From: Collinsella sp.
Lineage (GTDB): Bacteria; Actinomycetota; Coriobacteriia; Coriobacteriales; Coriobacteriaceae
Direction: 5' to 3'
Assembly: GCA_019419645.1 (NCBI GenBank)
Contig: DXZN01000005.1
Coordinates: 205 to 64,204, forward strand
Length of the DNA: 64,000 nucleotides
Shown here: positions 1 to 9,641 of the stretch, piece after piece
How the letters are laid out: the number at the start of each line of letters is the position of its first letter
Numbering within the stretch: the stretch's first letter is position 1
Notes under the pieces: generated by a model
What the model was told of the DNA's origin: nothing
Database searches by the model: none
What the model saw: only the letters and a program-made list of their open reading frames with translations
Translations under genes and position numbers: made by a program

Positions 1-1
1 G

Positions 2-175
2 ATGTGGCTCACCACCATGAACCCCGAGACGCGCCGCCTGATCAAGGTAGAACCCGAGGACGTCACCAAGATGGAGACCATGTTCAACCTGTTGCTGGGC
101 AACGACGAGACGGGCCGCAAGCGTCACATCTCCGAGCACGGCAAGGAATACCTGGACCAGCTGGACCTGCAGTAG
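2..175 (+). CDS. Type II topoisomerase subunit B (GyrB/ParE family), C-terminal fragment (5' part outside window)
   Basis: Frame from base 2 reads MWLTTMNPETRRLIKV...FNLLLGNDETGRKRHI, the conserved GyrB/ParE C-terminal motif (W.TTM.P..R.L, F..L.G....R); it lies directly upstream of the A subunit. Confidence 0.9.
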   Translation: MWLTTMNPETRRLIKVEPEDVTKMETMFNLLLGNDETGRKRHISEHGKEYLDQLDLQ

Positions 176-220
176 CAGCAAATCGATAACGACGGCCCAT
201 AAGAAGTTCAAGAGGAAATC

Positions 221-2461
221 GTGGCAAAGAAGAAGACGAAGAACCAGCCCAAGAAAAAGCAGGTCAACGCCGAGAACGTCATCGGCCTGCACTCCGAGGT
301 CACCGACCAGCCGATTACGCAGACGCTCGAGGTCAACTACATGCCCTACGCTATGAGCGTCAACGTCTCGCGTGCATTCCCCGAGATCGACGGCTTTAAG
401 CCCTCGCACCGCAAGCTGCTCTACACTATGTACAAGATGGGCCTGCTCAAGGGCGAGCGCCAAAAGAGCGCCAACATCGTGGGCCAGACCATGAAGCTCA
501 ACCCACACGGCGACGCCGCCATCTACGAGACGATGGTGCGCCTGGCCACGGGCAACGAGGCGCTGCTTGCTCCTTTCGTGGAGTCGAAGGGCAACTTTGG
601 CAAGTACTATTCGGGCGACCTGAGCTACGCCGCCTCGCGTTATACCGAGGCCAAGCTCTCCCCCATCAGCGCCGAGATCTTCAAAGACATCGACAAGGAC
701 CCGGTCGACTTCGTTGACAGCTACGACGGTGCCATGAAGGAGCCGCGTCTGCTGCCCACCACGTTCCCCAACATCCTCGTCTCGGCCAACAAGGGCATCG
801 GCGTCGCTATGGCGTCCGATATCTGCGGCTTCAACCTCAACGAGGTCTGCACCGCCACGATGCACTACCTGAAGGACCCCGACTGCGACCTGCTCGAGTA
901 CATGCCCATGCCCGATTTCTCGACCGGCGGCGAGATTATCTACCGCCGCGAGGAGATGGAGAAGATCATCGAGACCGGTCTTGGCAGCTTCCAGATTCGC
1001 TCCCGCTGGCGCTGGATTCCCGAAGAGCGCATCATCGAGGTGTACGAGATCCCCTACACCACCAAGACCGATGTCATCATCGAACGCATCGTCAAGCTCT
1101 CCAAGGAGGGCAAGGTCAAGGAGATCGCCGACATCCGCGACGAGACCGACCTTTCGGGTCTGCGCATCGCCATCGACCTTAAGCGCGGCGTCGACCCCGA
1201 CAAGCTCATGGCCAAGCTCTATCGCTCGACCACGCTGCAGGATTCGTTCTCGTGCAACTTCAACGTGCTCGTCGACGGCTATCCCCGTGTTATGGGCGTG
1301 CGCCAGATTCTGCACGAGTGGGTCAAGTGGCGTATTGCGTCCACGCGTCGCCGCATTAACTTTGACCTGGGCAAAAAGTCCGAGCGCCTGCACCTGCTGC
1401 ACGGCCTTGAGGCAATTCTGCTCGACATCGACAAGGCCATCGCCATCATCCGCGGCACTAAGCTCGAGGCAGAGGTTGTACCCAACCTTATGAAGGGTTT
1501 CGACATCGACGAGACCCAGGCCGAGTTTGTCGCCGAGCTTAAGCTCCGCAACATCAACGAGGAGTACATCCTCAACCGCACCAAGGACATCGCCAAGCTC
1601 GAGGGCGAGATTGCCGAGCTTGAGGAGATCCTCTCCAGCGAGGAGAACGTCAAGAAGGTCATCAGCGACGAGCTAGCAGCGGTCAACAAGAAGTACGTGA
1701 TGCCGCGCCGCACGGGCAGGATCGAGCCCCATGAGGTTATCGAGGTAAGCTTGGAGCCAGAGGTCGAGGAGTACCCGGTCACCATCATGCTCTCGCGCGA
1801 TGGCTACCTAAAGAAGATGACGGACCGCGTGCTCAAGAAGGCGACCACGCTCAAGTACAAGGACGGCGACAAACCCTTTATCGAGTTCCCGTCCTCCAAC
1901 ACCCACGAGCTGCTGGTCTTTACCAACAAGAGCCAGGTGTACAAGTGCAAGGTCGCGGCGTTTGAGGACACCAAGTCGGCCCAGCTGGGCTCGTACCTTC
2001 CGACCGATCTTGAGATGGAACCCGACGAGAGCGTCATCTGGGTCATCGACCCCGAGGACTACAAGGCCGACGTGCTGTTCGTCTTTGAGAACGGCCGCGT
2101 GGTGCGTGTCGCGCTTTCTGGATACGCTACCAAGACCAACCGCAAGCGCCTTAAGAACGCCATCTACGGCGGCAGCAAGCTGCTGTATGCGCAGGTGCTC
2201 AAGGAGGACCGCGACCTCGCGCTGGTCTCGAGCGACTACCGCCTGATGAACTTCAACACGTCGCTGCTCAAGACCAAGACGACCACCAACACGCAGGGCG
2301 TCCAGGCCTTTACGGCCAAGAAGGGCCGCTCGATCACCACCGTCGGCACGACCGAGGAAATCCTTGGCGCCGGCGTCTCGGCCGAGAAGTTCACCGCGCA
2401 GAGCCTGCCCTCCGCCGGCGCCCTCATGAAGGAAAATGACATGCCGAGTTTGTTTGACTAA
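221..2461 (+). CDS. Type II topoisomerase subunit A (GyrA/ParC family; probably the topo IV-like paralog)
   Basis: DGFKPSHRK, NPHGDAAIYE and YAASRYTE (catalytic Tyr) motifs; 746 aa; no GyrA-box (QxRGGxG) seen in the C-terminal domain. Confidence 0.92.
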   Translation: MAKKKTKNQPKKKQVNAENVIGLHSEVTDQPITQTLEVNYMPYAMSVNVSRAFPEIDGFKPSHRKLLYTMYKMGLLKGERQKSANIVGQTMKLNPHGDAAIYETMVRLATGNEALLAPFVESKGNFGKYYSGDLSYAASRYTEAKLSPISAEIFKDIDKDPVDFVDSYDGAMKEPRLLPTTFPNILVSANKGIGVAMASDICGFNLNEVCTATMHYLKDPDCDLLEYMPMPDFSTGGEIIYRREEMEKIIETGLGSFQIRSRWRWIPEERIIEVYEIPYTTKTDVIIERIVKLSKEGKVKEIADIRDETDLSGLRIAIDLKRGVDPDKLMAKLYRSTTLQDSFSCNFNVLVDGYPRVMGVRQILHEWVKWRIASTRRRINFDLGKKSERLHLLHGLEAILLDIDKAIAIIRGTKLEAEVVPNLMKGFDIDETQAEFVAELKLRNINEEYILNRTKDIAKLEGEIAELEEILSSEENVKKVISDELAAVNKKYVMPRRTGRIEPHEVIEVSLEPEVEEYPVTIMLSRDGYLKKMTDRVLKKATTLKYKDGDKPFIEFPSSNTHELLVFTNKSQVYKCKVAAFEDTKSAQLGSYLPTDLEMEPDESVIWVIDPEDYKADVLFVFENGRVVRVALSGYATKTNRKRLKNAIYGGSKLLYAQVLKEDRDLALVSSDYRLMNFNTSLLKTKTTTNTQGVQAFTAKKGRSITTVGTTEEILGAGVSAEKFTAQSLPSAGALMKENDMPSLFD

Positions 2462-2500
2462 AACAACGGCGACTAAACCGTCATGGTTTTACAAAGCAGC

Positions 2501-2538
2501 GGGGCCCGGAGCGCAGTAAACGCTGCGCCCCGGGCCCC
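2501..2538 (+). terminator. GC-rich hairpin after the topoisomerase gene
   Basis: ggggcccggagcgcag-taaacg-ctgcgccccgggcccc inverted repeat between convergent genes. Confidence 0.7.
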
Positions 2539-2560
2539 ATGCATTACACCAGCATCATCC

Positions 2561-3850
2561 CTATAGACAAAATGCCGCATAAAGCGGAACAGACATAAGC
2601 CCATCATTCATTCCAAAGGGCTTAGTCGATAGCCTGATAAGGCGCACGCCCGGATGGGTCTTTTTAAGTGAGGACAGACTTCGAGATCTTGTGTTCTCCC
2701 CCGCCTTGACTTCAATCGCAGACAAGCATCCCTGCTTCTCTACTACAAAGTCGATTTCCGCACGATTATCTCGCGCCCAATAATGCAGTGGATAACCCAT
2801 GGCTGAAAGCTGTTGGGCAACGTAGTTTTCGGTAAGTGCACCCATGAATGTGCCGCCGATACCGGCAAGAATATCGGCGCGTTGAGCACCGGCCTTGGAG
2901 ACCAGCAGCCCTGTATCCGCCTGATAGATTTTAAAAGCAGAAGGGTTAACGAAGGCCTCTAAGGGGCTTTCGATCTGCCCGACTAGGCTGCAGCGCGCCA
3001 CCGTACCCGACAATACAAGCCAATCGAGAGCATCTCCAAAGAGAGACGCATTGCCCCCCGCTCGCACTACCTTGTATTGAAATTTACGATTCTCTTTGGC
3101 AAGCTGCTGTGGAATGGAATCGAAGCACGCACGCGTCTTTGCACTCAAGCGTTCATCAGCATATTTATTGGTGTCGGCGGAATATCCGTCGAGAATAATC
3201 CGATGCTTTTCGGCCACATCAATGATTGACTGATCATCGATGTACGTTTGGACCGCCTCGGGCATTCCGCCAACAACAAGATACTGTCGATAGAGCCCAA
3301 GCGCCTTTTCATGAAGGCTTGGCGCAAGAGGACCCATTATCTCGAATGATGAGCGTATCTCGTCGACCAGCTGATCGTGCCCCATCGCCCAGAGAAACTC
3401 CTCGAAATCGAGTGGAGCCATCTCAATCAAGTCGGTCTTTCCGACGGGGAACGAATACGACTGATGGTTAATGGCAACCCCAAGAAGCGACCCGGCAGCC
3501 GCAACGTAATACTCGGGAGCATCTTCGCAAAAGTATTTAAGGGAAGTGAGCGCTTCCTCGCATGCCTGGATCTCGTCAATGAACAGTAAGGTTTTGCCAG
3601 GCACGATACGCTGTCCCGTACGAGCCTCGATCGCACGTACGATCGAATGAGGGTCAAGACCGCCCGAAAAATCCGCTCGCGCCGACCGGTCGTTCTCAAG
3701 ATTAACGTAGACAACCGATTCGAAAAGATCCTGGGCGTACGTTCTGAGCAAATAGGTCTTGCCACACTGGCGCACGCCTTTGACCAGCAAAGGTTTTCTA
3801 TCAGCTCTGTCTCGCCATTCCCTAAGGAGCTCGTCTGCCTTGCGACGCAT
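2561..3850 (-). CDS. AAA+ ATPase with C-terminal DUF4143 / PD-(D/E)xK-like domain
   Basis: Walker A GVRQCGKT, Walker B LFIDEIQ, GGMPE, and C-terminal EIDFV..IEVKAG typical of the AAA_14/DUF4143 family. Confidence 0.88.
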   Translation of the reverse strand: MRRKADELLREWRDRADRKPLLVKGVRQCGKTYLLRTYAQDLFESVVYVNLENDRSARADFSGGLDPHSIVRAIEARTGQRIVPGKTLLFIDEIQACEEALTSLKYFCEDAPEYYVAAAGSLLGVAINHQSYSFPVGKTDLIEMAPLDFEEFLWAMGHDQLVDEIRSSFEIMGPLAPSLHEKALGLYRQYLVVGGMPEAVQTYIDDQSIIDVAEKHRIILDGYSADTNKYADERLSAKTRACFDSIPQQLAKENRKFQYKVVRAGGNASLFGDALDWLVLSGTVARCSLVGQIESPLEAFVNPSAFKIYQADTGLLVSKAGAQRADILAGIGGTFMGALTENYVAQQLSAMGYPLHYWARDNRAEIDFVVEKQGCLSAIEVKAGENTRSRSLSSLKKTHPGVRLIRLSTKPFGMNDGLMSVPLYAAFCL

Positions 3851-4030
3851 ACGTAACCTTCCCTCATGAACTTCTATTTGACAATATTTTAACGCGGATT
3901 AATTTGTTTTCAGTTATTTTTCTGCGTTTAAAAATTGTTCTATACGGCACTTGAGGGAATTCGCCCCTATCTCTCGGTAAGGACAGCAAGCATTTCCACC
4001 AACGCTGATTGCCATGCGTTCTTCTTGTCC

Positions 4031-4561
4031 TTAGGCAAGCTTGCGAGCGAGCTCTCGCACCTCTTTCAACTTGGGCGAGGATGCCATGCTGTCGCGCTCG
4101 GTCATACCGCTGATGGTGACAATGCCCTGGTCCTCCCACTTGCAGTACGCGCAGGTTGACTTGTACATAGCGATCGCCGCATCATAGACACCCTCGCTGT
4201 GGCTATCGAGTAAAAGGGCCGTCTTGGTGAACGGGAATCCCGTGGCACCGAAGGCGTACAGGCGGTCGATGGCGGTCTTTTCCTGCGCAGTGATATCAAA
4301 CCAGTAGATAGGCGAAGCGAAGACAACCATGTCGGTGTCTTTCAGCGACTCAATCACGTTGGCCATGTCATCCTTCTGCACGCAGACGCCCTCATGGGCG
4401 AAGCAGTACTGGCATCCCAAGCAGCCGGCGATCTTCTTGCTGGCAACGCGGATGACCTCGACCGTATGGCCGCCCTCACGCGCGGTCTCGGCAAACGCCT
4501 CGACCATGGTATCGGTATTAGCGCCCTTACGCGGGCTGCCGCTCAATACAACGATATTCAT
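4031..4561 (-). CDS. Flavodoxin family protein (iron-sulfur flavoprotein / FMN reductase-like)
   Basis: SGSPRKGANT, CxxCxxC..C, ASPIYW motifs. Confidence 0.88.
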   Translation of the reverse strand: MNIVVLSGSPRKGANTDTMVEAFAETAREGGHTVEVIRVASKKIAGCLGCQYCFAHEGVCVQKDDMANVIESLKDTDMVVFASPIYWFDITAQEKTAIDRLYAFGATGFPFTKTALLLDSHSEGVYDAAIAMYKSTCAYCKWEDQGIVTISGMTERDSMASSPKLKEVRELARKLA

Positions 4562-4759
4562 AGGATTCCCTCTCCCTCATGCTGCAGGCGCGCAGCATGC
4601 TTTCTTGTAACCAAAACGAATGGTGTTAATCAATCGCCAGCAGGCCATATCTCTTGTTCAAGTTCCCTAAAGAAGCTCAAGACGATTGCGATTGCCTTAT
4701 ACAACGTCGAAAATCAAAGAGGGCCCATAGCAACGCCACCTACCTGAAATGACATGCGG

Positions 4760-5320
4760 TCAAGACGAGCTACGAGGATCGTGACGAGCCGATACCGCCC
4801 GCATGCCCCCTTCGGAATAGGCGCTGAGCAGCTCCTGAGCGTGAGCAAACTCGGGCCCTCGCCTCCAACCGAGCAGGCGGTTGACCGCGAGATTTCCCTG
4901 GACGTTGTGGACGAAGAGCAGATAGGCGTCCTCGCGCGAAAGCCCAGTCTCCTCCATGATCGAGGGAACCATCTGCTCGGCGCCGCGCTCGACGACGCGC
5001 TGTGCCACCCGGGCGTACGCGTCGTCATCCGAGTAGAGCAGATAATAGTCATCGTTTGCCGGCGGACGCTGGCAGAGGGCACCCGCCTCCGTTCCCTCGA
5101 GCGGCGGCACCGCCGCCAAGGCCTCGTCGATAAGCGCGTCGAGCAGGGCGAACTTGTCCTCGTAGTGCAGATAGAACGTGCCACGGTTGATATCGGCGCG
5201 GCGGCAAATATCCGCTACCGTCATCTTCGCGAAGCCGACCTCGGCCAGCAGCGCGAAGAACGCCTCCCGTATGACCGAGAGTGTATAGCGTCGGCGACGA
5301 TCGATCTTCCCCGCTTCCAT
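4760..5320 (-). CDS. TetR/AcrR family regulator (copy 1), divergent from the sirtuin operon
   Basis: DRRRRYT...MTVADICRRADINRGTFYLHYEDK HTH; ATG at 5320 preceded by GGAGGGG RBS. Confidence 0.9.
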   Translation of the reverse strand: MEAGKIDRRRRYTLSVIREAFFALLAEVGFAKMTVADICRRADINRGTFYLHYEDKFALLDALIDEALAAVPPLEGTEAGALCQRPPANDDYYLLYSDDDAYARVAQRVVERGAEQMVPSIMEETGLSREDAYLLFVHNVQGNLAVNRLLGWRRGPEFAHAQELLSAYSEGGMRAVSARHDPRSSS

Positions 5321-5423
5321 TACCCCTCCAATTGCAACGCTCGACAATGCCCGGCAAACGCTCGTTTATCGACAGCAGGCCGAAGCTGTTCATTGCTCTT
5401 AAGCAAATCGACATGGATACTTT

Positions 5424-5443
5424 TTATAGACACCTGTTTATAA
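5424..5443. promoter_or_regulatory. Putative TetR operator overlapping the -10 of the sirtuin operon
   Basis: TTATAGACA-CC-TGTTTATAA near-perfect palindrome overlapping TATAAT (5439-5444); largely retained in the paralogous intergenic region at 8716-8735. Confidence 0.65.
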
Positions 5444-5463
5444 TAGCTGAAAGAAGGTATCCA

Positions 5464-6429
5464 GTGACCCTGTACGAGCAGCTCGTTATCGAGCTCACCA
5501 ACCGATCGTTTTCCCTTCATGCCGCCTACCGCAGCGGCAGCACGCCCTATGAGCTGAGTGACCGCGAGCCCGAGCCCTACGACCAGCAAATCAGGGACTT
5601 CGCCCGCATGATCGAGGAAGCCGATTGCGTGCTGGTGGGCGGGGCCTCTGGGCTCTCCGCGGCGGGCGGCGGCGACTTCTATTACGAGGACAACGCAACC
5701 TATCGCAGGCATTTCGGCAAATTCGCCGAGCGCTACGGTTTCAAGGGCGCTTTCGAGGGGTCGTTCTACCGCTGGCCCACCGCCGAGGCGCGCTGGGGAT
5801 ACCTCGCCACCTTCCTCGACACCACGCTCAACGCCCCGCTGCGCAAGCCCTACAGGGACCTCGACACCATTATCGCCGAGAAGGATTTCTTCGTGCTCAC
5901 CACCAACCAGGACACGCAGTTTGTGAAGCTCTATCCCTGGGAGAAAGTGGCAGAGATCCAAGGCGACCACCGCTTCTTTCAGTGCTCCCGCTGTTGCACC
6001 GACGCGGTGTGGGATGCGGTCGAGCCGGTCTCCAACATGGTAGAGGCCATGGGAGACGGCCTTGAGGTTCCGACAGAGCTCGTGCCGCGCTGCCCGCACT
6101 GCGGGGCAGAGGCGTTCCCCTGGGTTCGCGGCTACGGCAACTTCCTGCAGGGCGAACTCTACGAGGAGCAGTACCGCAAGGTGTCCGAATGGCTCGACGC
6201 GCACGCACGGCAGAGGATCCTCTTCCTCGAGCTGGGTGTGGGCCGCATGACGCCCGCGTTTATCCAGGAGCCGTTCTGGGCCCTCACGGCGCAGTTACCG
6301 CAGGCCAGCTACATCGCCGTAAACAACAAGACGCAGTTTCTCCCCCGCGCGATCGAGGATCGGGGGCTCGCCGTTCGCGCCGACATCGCCGACGTGCTTG
6401 CCGACGTGCGCAAGACGCTGGGGAGGTAG
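5464..6429 (+). CDS. Sir2-family protein A, class M (SirTM-like)
   Basis: GGASGLSAA, TTNQD, EIQGD (Gln at the catalytic His position), Zn-binding CxxCC...CPHC, LELGVG; GTG start after AGAAGG RBS. Confidence 0.85.
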   Translation: MTLYEQLVIELTNRSFSLHAAYRSGSTPYELSDREPEPYDQQIRDFARMIEEADCVLVGGASGLSAAGGGDFYYEDNATYRRHFGKFAERYGFKGAFEGSFYRWPTAEARWGYLATFLDTTLNAPLRKPYRDLDTIIAEKDFFVLTTNQDTQFVKLYPWEKVAEIQGDHRFFQCSRCCTDAVWDAVEPVSNMVEAMGDGLEVPTELVPRCPHCGAEAFPWVRGYGNFLQGELYEEQYRKVSEWLDAHARQRILFLELGVGRMTPAFIQEPFWALTAQLPQASYIAVNNKTQFLPRAIEDRGLAVRADIADVLADVRKTLGR

Positions 6430-6432
6430 CGC

Positions 6433-7131
6433 ATGGAGACGGCGAAAGCAGTTCGCATAGGCAGGGCGCTAGCCGAAGCGGATCTTGTCATCATCGGCGC
6501 TAGCAACGGACTCGACATGGCGGAGGGGCTCAACCTTTTCTGCGCCGATGCTCATTTCCAAGAGGCGTACGGGGACCTCGCCCAGGCAGACGGCATCGGC
6601 TGCATACTGCAGGGGCTCGCTTCCCCGGATGCCAGCGTGCGACGCCGATGGGCCGAGCGGTTCCATCAAAAGGAGTATCTCGAATATGAGCCCGGCTCGC
6701 TCATGAACGGGCTGCGGCGTCTTACGGAGCACGCCGACACCTTCGTGGTCACATGCAACATCGACGGGCACTTCGCGCGCGCCGGGTTCGACGAGAACCG
6801 CGTGCTCGAGACGGAGGGGGGCATACGCACGTCGATCGACGAGCGGCGTCTCGCCCATCCAGACGCCCTCGCCACGGCCCAGCTCGAGGAGCTCGAGCGC
6901 CTTGTGCAAGCCCATCGCAACGGCAGGGTCGCCATCCTCGAACTTGGCGTGGGACTGCGCAACGGCATCATAAAGCACATGCTCGCCCAGATCGCGAACG
7001 TCTGCGAGCACGCCACCTACATCGTGTTCAACTACAGCCAGGCTATGGCGCCCGATGCATCGTGCGAGACGATTCTCGTTGACGGCGATATGGCCCCGGC
7101 TTTCGAGGAGATTGCCCAATGCCGTCTCTAG
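6433..7131 (+). CDS. Sir2-family protein B (short, lacks Zn domain)
   Basis: GASNGLD, TCNIDGHF, ETEG, LELGVG; no Zn-ribbon cysteines; 3 bp after gene A. Confidence 0.75.
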   Translation: METAKAVRIGRALAEADLVIIGASNGLDMAEGLNLFCADAHFQEAYGDLAQADGIGCILQGLASPDASVRRRWAERFHQKEYLEYEPGSLMNGLRRLTEHADTFVVTCNIDGHFARAGFDENRVLETEGGIRTSIDERRLAHPDALATAQLEELERLVQAHRNGRVAILELGVGLRNGIIKHMLAQIANVCEHATYIVFNYSQAMAPDASCETILVDGDMAPAFEEIAQCRL

Positions 7132-7967
7132 AGAGGGAAGCGTATAGGCTTCGAAGCCTTATCGACGATGCCGACGCCATCATCGTCGGCATCGGCTCGG
7201 GCATGTCAAGCGCCGCCGGGTTCAACCATTACAACCGCGCAGGCATGGCGCGCGCCGGAATGACGGACTGGCAGCAAGCCTTTGGCTTCAAGAGCCTTTT
7301 CGACGGCTTCTACCACCTCTACCCCAGCCTCGAGCAGCGATGGGCATACTATGCGCGATACATCGACTTCATGCTGCGCGAGCCGACCTCGCAGCCCTAT
7401 CTCGACCTACGGTCCCTCATCGGCCATAAGGACTACTTCATCCTGAGCACCAATGTGGACACCCAGGCCGAGAAGACGTTTCCCGACGAGAGAACCTGTA
7501 ACTATCAGGGAAGCTTCGCGCACCTTCAGTGCAAGCAGCCATGCTGTGACGAGCTCTTCGACGCGAGCCCCTACGTCGAGCGCATGCTCGCGGGCATGGC
7601 GGGGTTCGAGGTCCTCAGCGAGGATGTCCCCCGATGCCCGCACTGCGGCTGGCAGCTTGTGCCGTGGGTGCGCGACGACACGTTTCTGCAGGGTGCGGCC
7701 TGGCGCGAGAGCCTCGGACGATACGAGCGCTTCGTGCGCGAGCGCAGCGATCGCCGCGTGCTGTTGCTGGAGCTCGGCGTGGGCGAGATGACCCCCGGCA
7801 TCATCACGCTCCCGTTCTGGAGCATGACCGCGAAGCTGCCGGATGCGCACCTGTTGAGCGTCAACATCTCGAACGGCTCGGCTCCGTTGCAGCTTGGAAG
7901 CAAGGCAGGGGCGATCCAGGCCGATTTGGGCGCCCTGCTCTCGGTGGCGCGGGCAGGTGGCGAGTAA
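7119..7967 (+). CDS. Sir2-family protein C, class M (SirTM-like)
   Basis: GIGSGMSSAAG, STNVD, YQGS, QC..PCC...CPHCG, LELGVG; overlaps the end of gene B. Confidence 0.85.
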   Translation: MPSLEREAYRLRSLIDDADAIIVGIGSGMSSAAGFNHYNRAGMARAGMTDWQQAFGFKSLFDGFYHLYPSLEQRWAYYARYIDFMLREPTSQPYLDLRSLIGHKDYFILSTNVDTQAEKTFPDERTCNYQGSFAHLQCKQPCCDELFDASPYVERMLAGMAGFEVLSEDVPRCPHCGWQLVPWVRDDTFLQGAAWRESLGRYERFVRERSDRRVLLLELGVGEMTPGIITLPFWSMTAKLPDAHLLSVNISNGSAPLQLGSKAGAIQADLGALLSVARAGGE

Positions 7968-8002
7968 CGCGGAGCGGTAGACGCGCAATGAGGTTTTAGC
8001 CG

Positions 8003-8032
8003 CAGCCTCCGAACGAGAGGGCTCGGAGGCTG
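8003..8032. terminator. Hairpin between convergent sir2C and tetR copy 2
   Basis: cagcctccga...tcggaggctg inverted repeat; related hairpin at 13419-13446. Confidence 0.6.
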
Positions 8033-8050
8033 GTATTCCTGAATCGCAGG

Positions 8051-8611
8051 TCACGATGGGTTATCGGAATCGCGAAGAGCGGATACCGCCAGTAAGCCCC
8101 CTTCGGAATAGGCGTTGAGCAGCTCCTGGGCATGGGCGAACTCGGGGCCTCGTCTCCAGCCGAGCAGGCGGTTGACGGCCAGATCGCCCTGGACGTTGTG
8201 GACGAAGAGCAGGAAGGCGTCTTCGCGTGAAAGCCCTGTTTTCTCCATGACCCAGGGAACCATCTGCTCCGCTCCGCGTTCTATGACGCGCTGGGCTACG
8301 CGAGCGTATGAGTCGCTGTCCGAATAAAGCAGGCGATAATCGTCGTCTGCCGACGGACGCTGGCAAAGCGTTGCCGATTCAACCCCCTCAAGCGGGGGAG
8401 CCGCTGCCAATGCCTCGTCGATAAGCGCATCGAGCAGCGCGTACTTATCCTCGCAATGCAGATAGAACGTTCCCCGGTTGATCTCGGCGCGGCGGCAGAT
8501 GTCCGCCACCGTCATCTTCGCGAAGCCGACCTCGGCCAGCAGCGCGAAGAACGCCTCCTGTATGACCGAGAGGGTGTAGCGCCGCCGGCGGTCGATCTTG
8601 GTTTCTCCCAT
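8051..8611 (-). CDS. TetR/AcrR family regulator (copy 2, paralog of 4760-5320)
   Basis: MGETKIDRRRRYTLSVIQEAFFALLAEVGFAKMTVADICRR; colinear with copy 1 over its full length. Confidence 0.9.
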   Translation of the reverse strand: MGETKIDRRRRYTLSVIQEAFFALLAEVGFAKMTVADICRRAEINRGTFYLHCEDKYALLDALIDEALAAAPPLEGVESATLCQRPSADDDYRLLYSDSDSYARVAQRVIERGAEQMVPWVMEKTGLSREDAFLLFVHNVQGDLAVNRLLGWRRGPEFAHAQELLNAYSEGGLLAVSALRDSDNPS

Positions 8612-8754
8612 CGCCTCTCCAATCTGAGTCGTTTGACAATGTCCAGTAGCTGTTCGTTTATCGACAGGTGCACGCGTTTGTTCATTGCCCCTGCGAAAAT
8701 CAACAAGGATACTGTTTATAGACACCTGTTTTTTATAGCTGAAAGGGAGCACGG

Positions 8755-8955
8755 ATGACCCTGTGCGAGAAGCTCGGCATCGGGCTTGTCAGCCGATCGT
8801 TTTCCCATCGGGCCGTCTATCGAAACGGCGGCACGTCATACGATTTGAGCGATTGCGAGCCTGCTGCTTGCAAGCAAGATATCGAGGCTTTTGCCCGCAA
8901 GGTGGGGAAGGCTGATTGCGTGTTTACGGGAGAGGCAGGTAGGCAGGCGTTATGA
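8755..8955 (+). pseudogene. Truncated 5' remnant of a second sir2A copy
   Basis: MTLCEKLGIGLVSRSFSH..ADCVFTG aligns to sir2A N-terminus MTLYEQLVIELTNRSFSLH..ADCVLVG; the match ends there and the frame stops at the radical SAM start. Confidence 0.85.
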
Positions 8956-9641
8956 GCATCTGCATCAAAAATCAGATTCAGAATATGAATATCGTCATCG
9001 GCTGCACGGTGGGGTGTCCATATTGCTATGCCCGTAACAATGTGAAACGTTGGCATATGATTGACGACTTCGCTGATCCTGCGTTCTTCCCGAGCAAGCT
9101 CAAGATGATGGAAAAGAAACGCCCGCAGAACTTTCTCCTTACCGGCATGAGCGATCTCTCCGGGTGGAAGCTGGAATGGCGAGACGAGGTATTTGCAAAG
9201 ATCCATGAGAATCCACAGCATCAGTTCCTGTTCCTGACCAAGAGACCCGATTTGCTGGATTTAGATACCGACCTGGAAAACGCATGGTTCGGCGTTACGG
9301 TGACGAGGAAAGCGGAGCTGTGGCGTATCGACGCCCTTCGGAAAAACGTCAAAGCAAATCACTTCTTCGTTACTTTTGAGCCGCTATTCGACGATCCCGG
9401 TACGGTCGACCTTTCCGGAATCAACTGGATCGTCGTCGGTACCATGACCGGGGCGCAGAGCAGGAAGGTTCATACGGAACCGGAGTGGGCATGGTCTTTG
9501 ACGGACCAGGCGCACGCGCTTGGCATTCCAATGTTTATGAAGGAAGACCTCGTCTCTGTCATAGGGGACGAAAACATGATTCAGGAATTGCCGGAAGAAT
9601 TCGAAAGAGTGCTGGAGGTGCAGAGAACATGGCGGAAGTGA
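8952..9641 (+). CDS. Radical SAM mobile pair protein A (DUF5131-like)
   Basis: GCTVGCPYCYA CxxxCxxC, FLFLTKRP, WFGVTV, FEPL; paired with a second radical SAM gene. Confidence 0.85.
   Translation: MSICIKNQIQNMNIVIGCTVGCPYCYARNNVKRWHMIDDFADPAFFPSKLKMMEKKRPQNFLLTGMSDLSGWKLEWRDEVFAKIHENPQHQFLFLTKRPDLLDLDTDLENAWFGVTVTRKAELWRIDALRKNVKANHFFVTFEPLFDDPGTVDLSGINWIVVGTMTGAQSRKVHTEPEWAWSLTDQAHALGIPMFMKEDLVSVIGDENMIQELPEEFERVLEVQRTWRK

Noticed and set aside
5464..7967. Anti-phage SIR2 system (Thoeris, DSR, Sir2-HerA, short pAgo)
   Set aside because: Motifs are class-M sirtuin (QG, Zn ribbon, ELGVG) rather than SIR2_2 NADase, and no TIR, HerA or Ago partner is present
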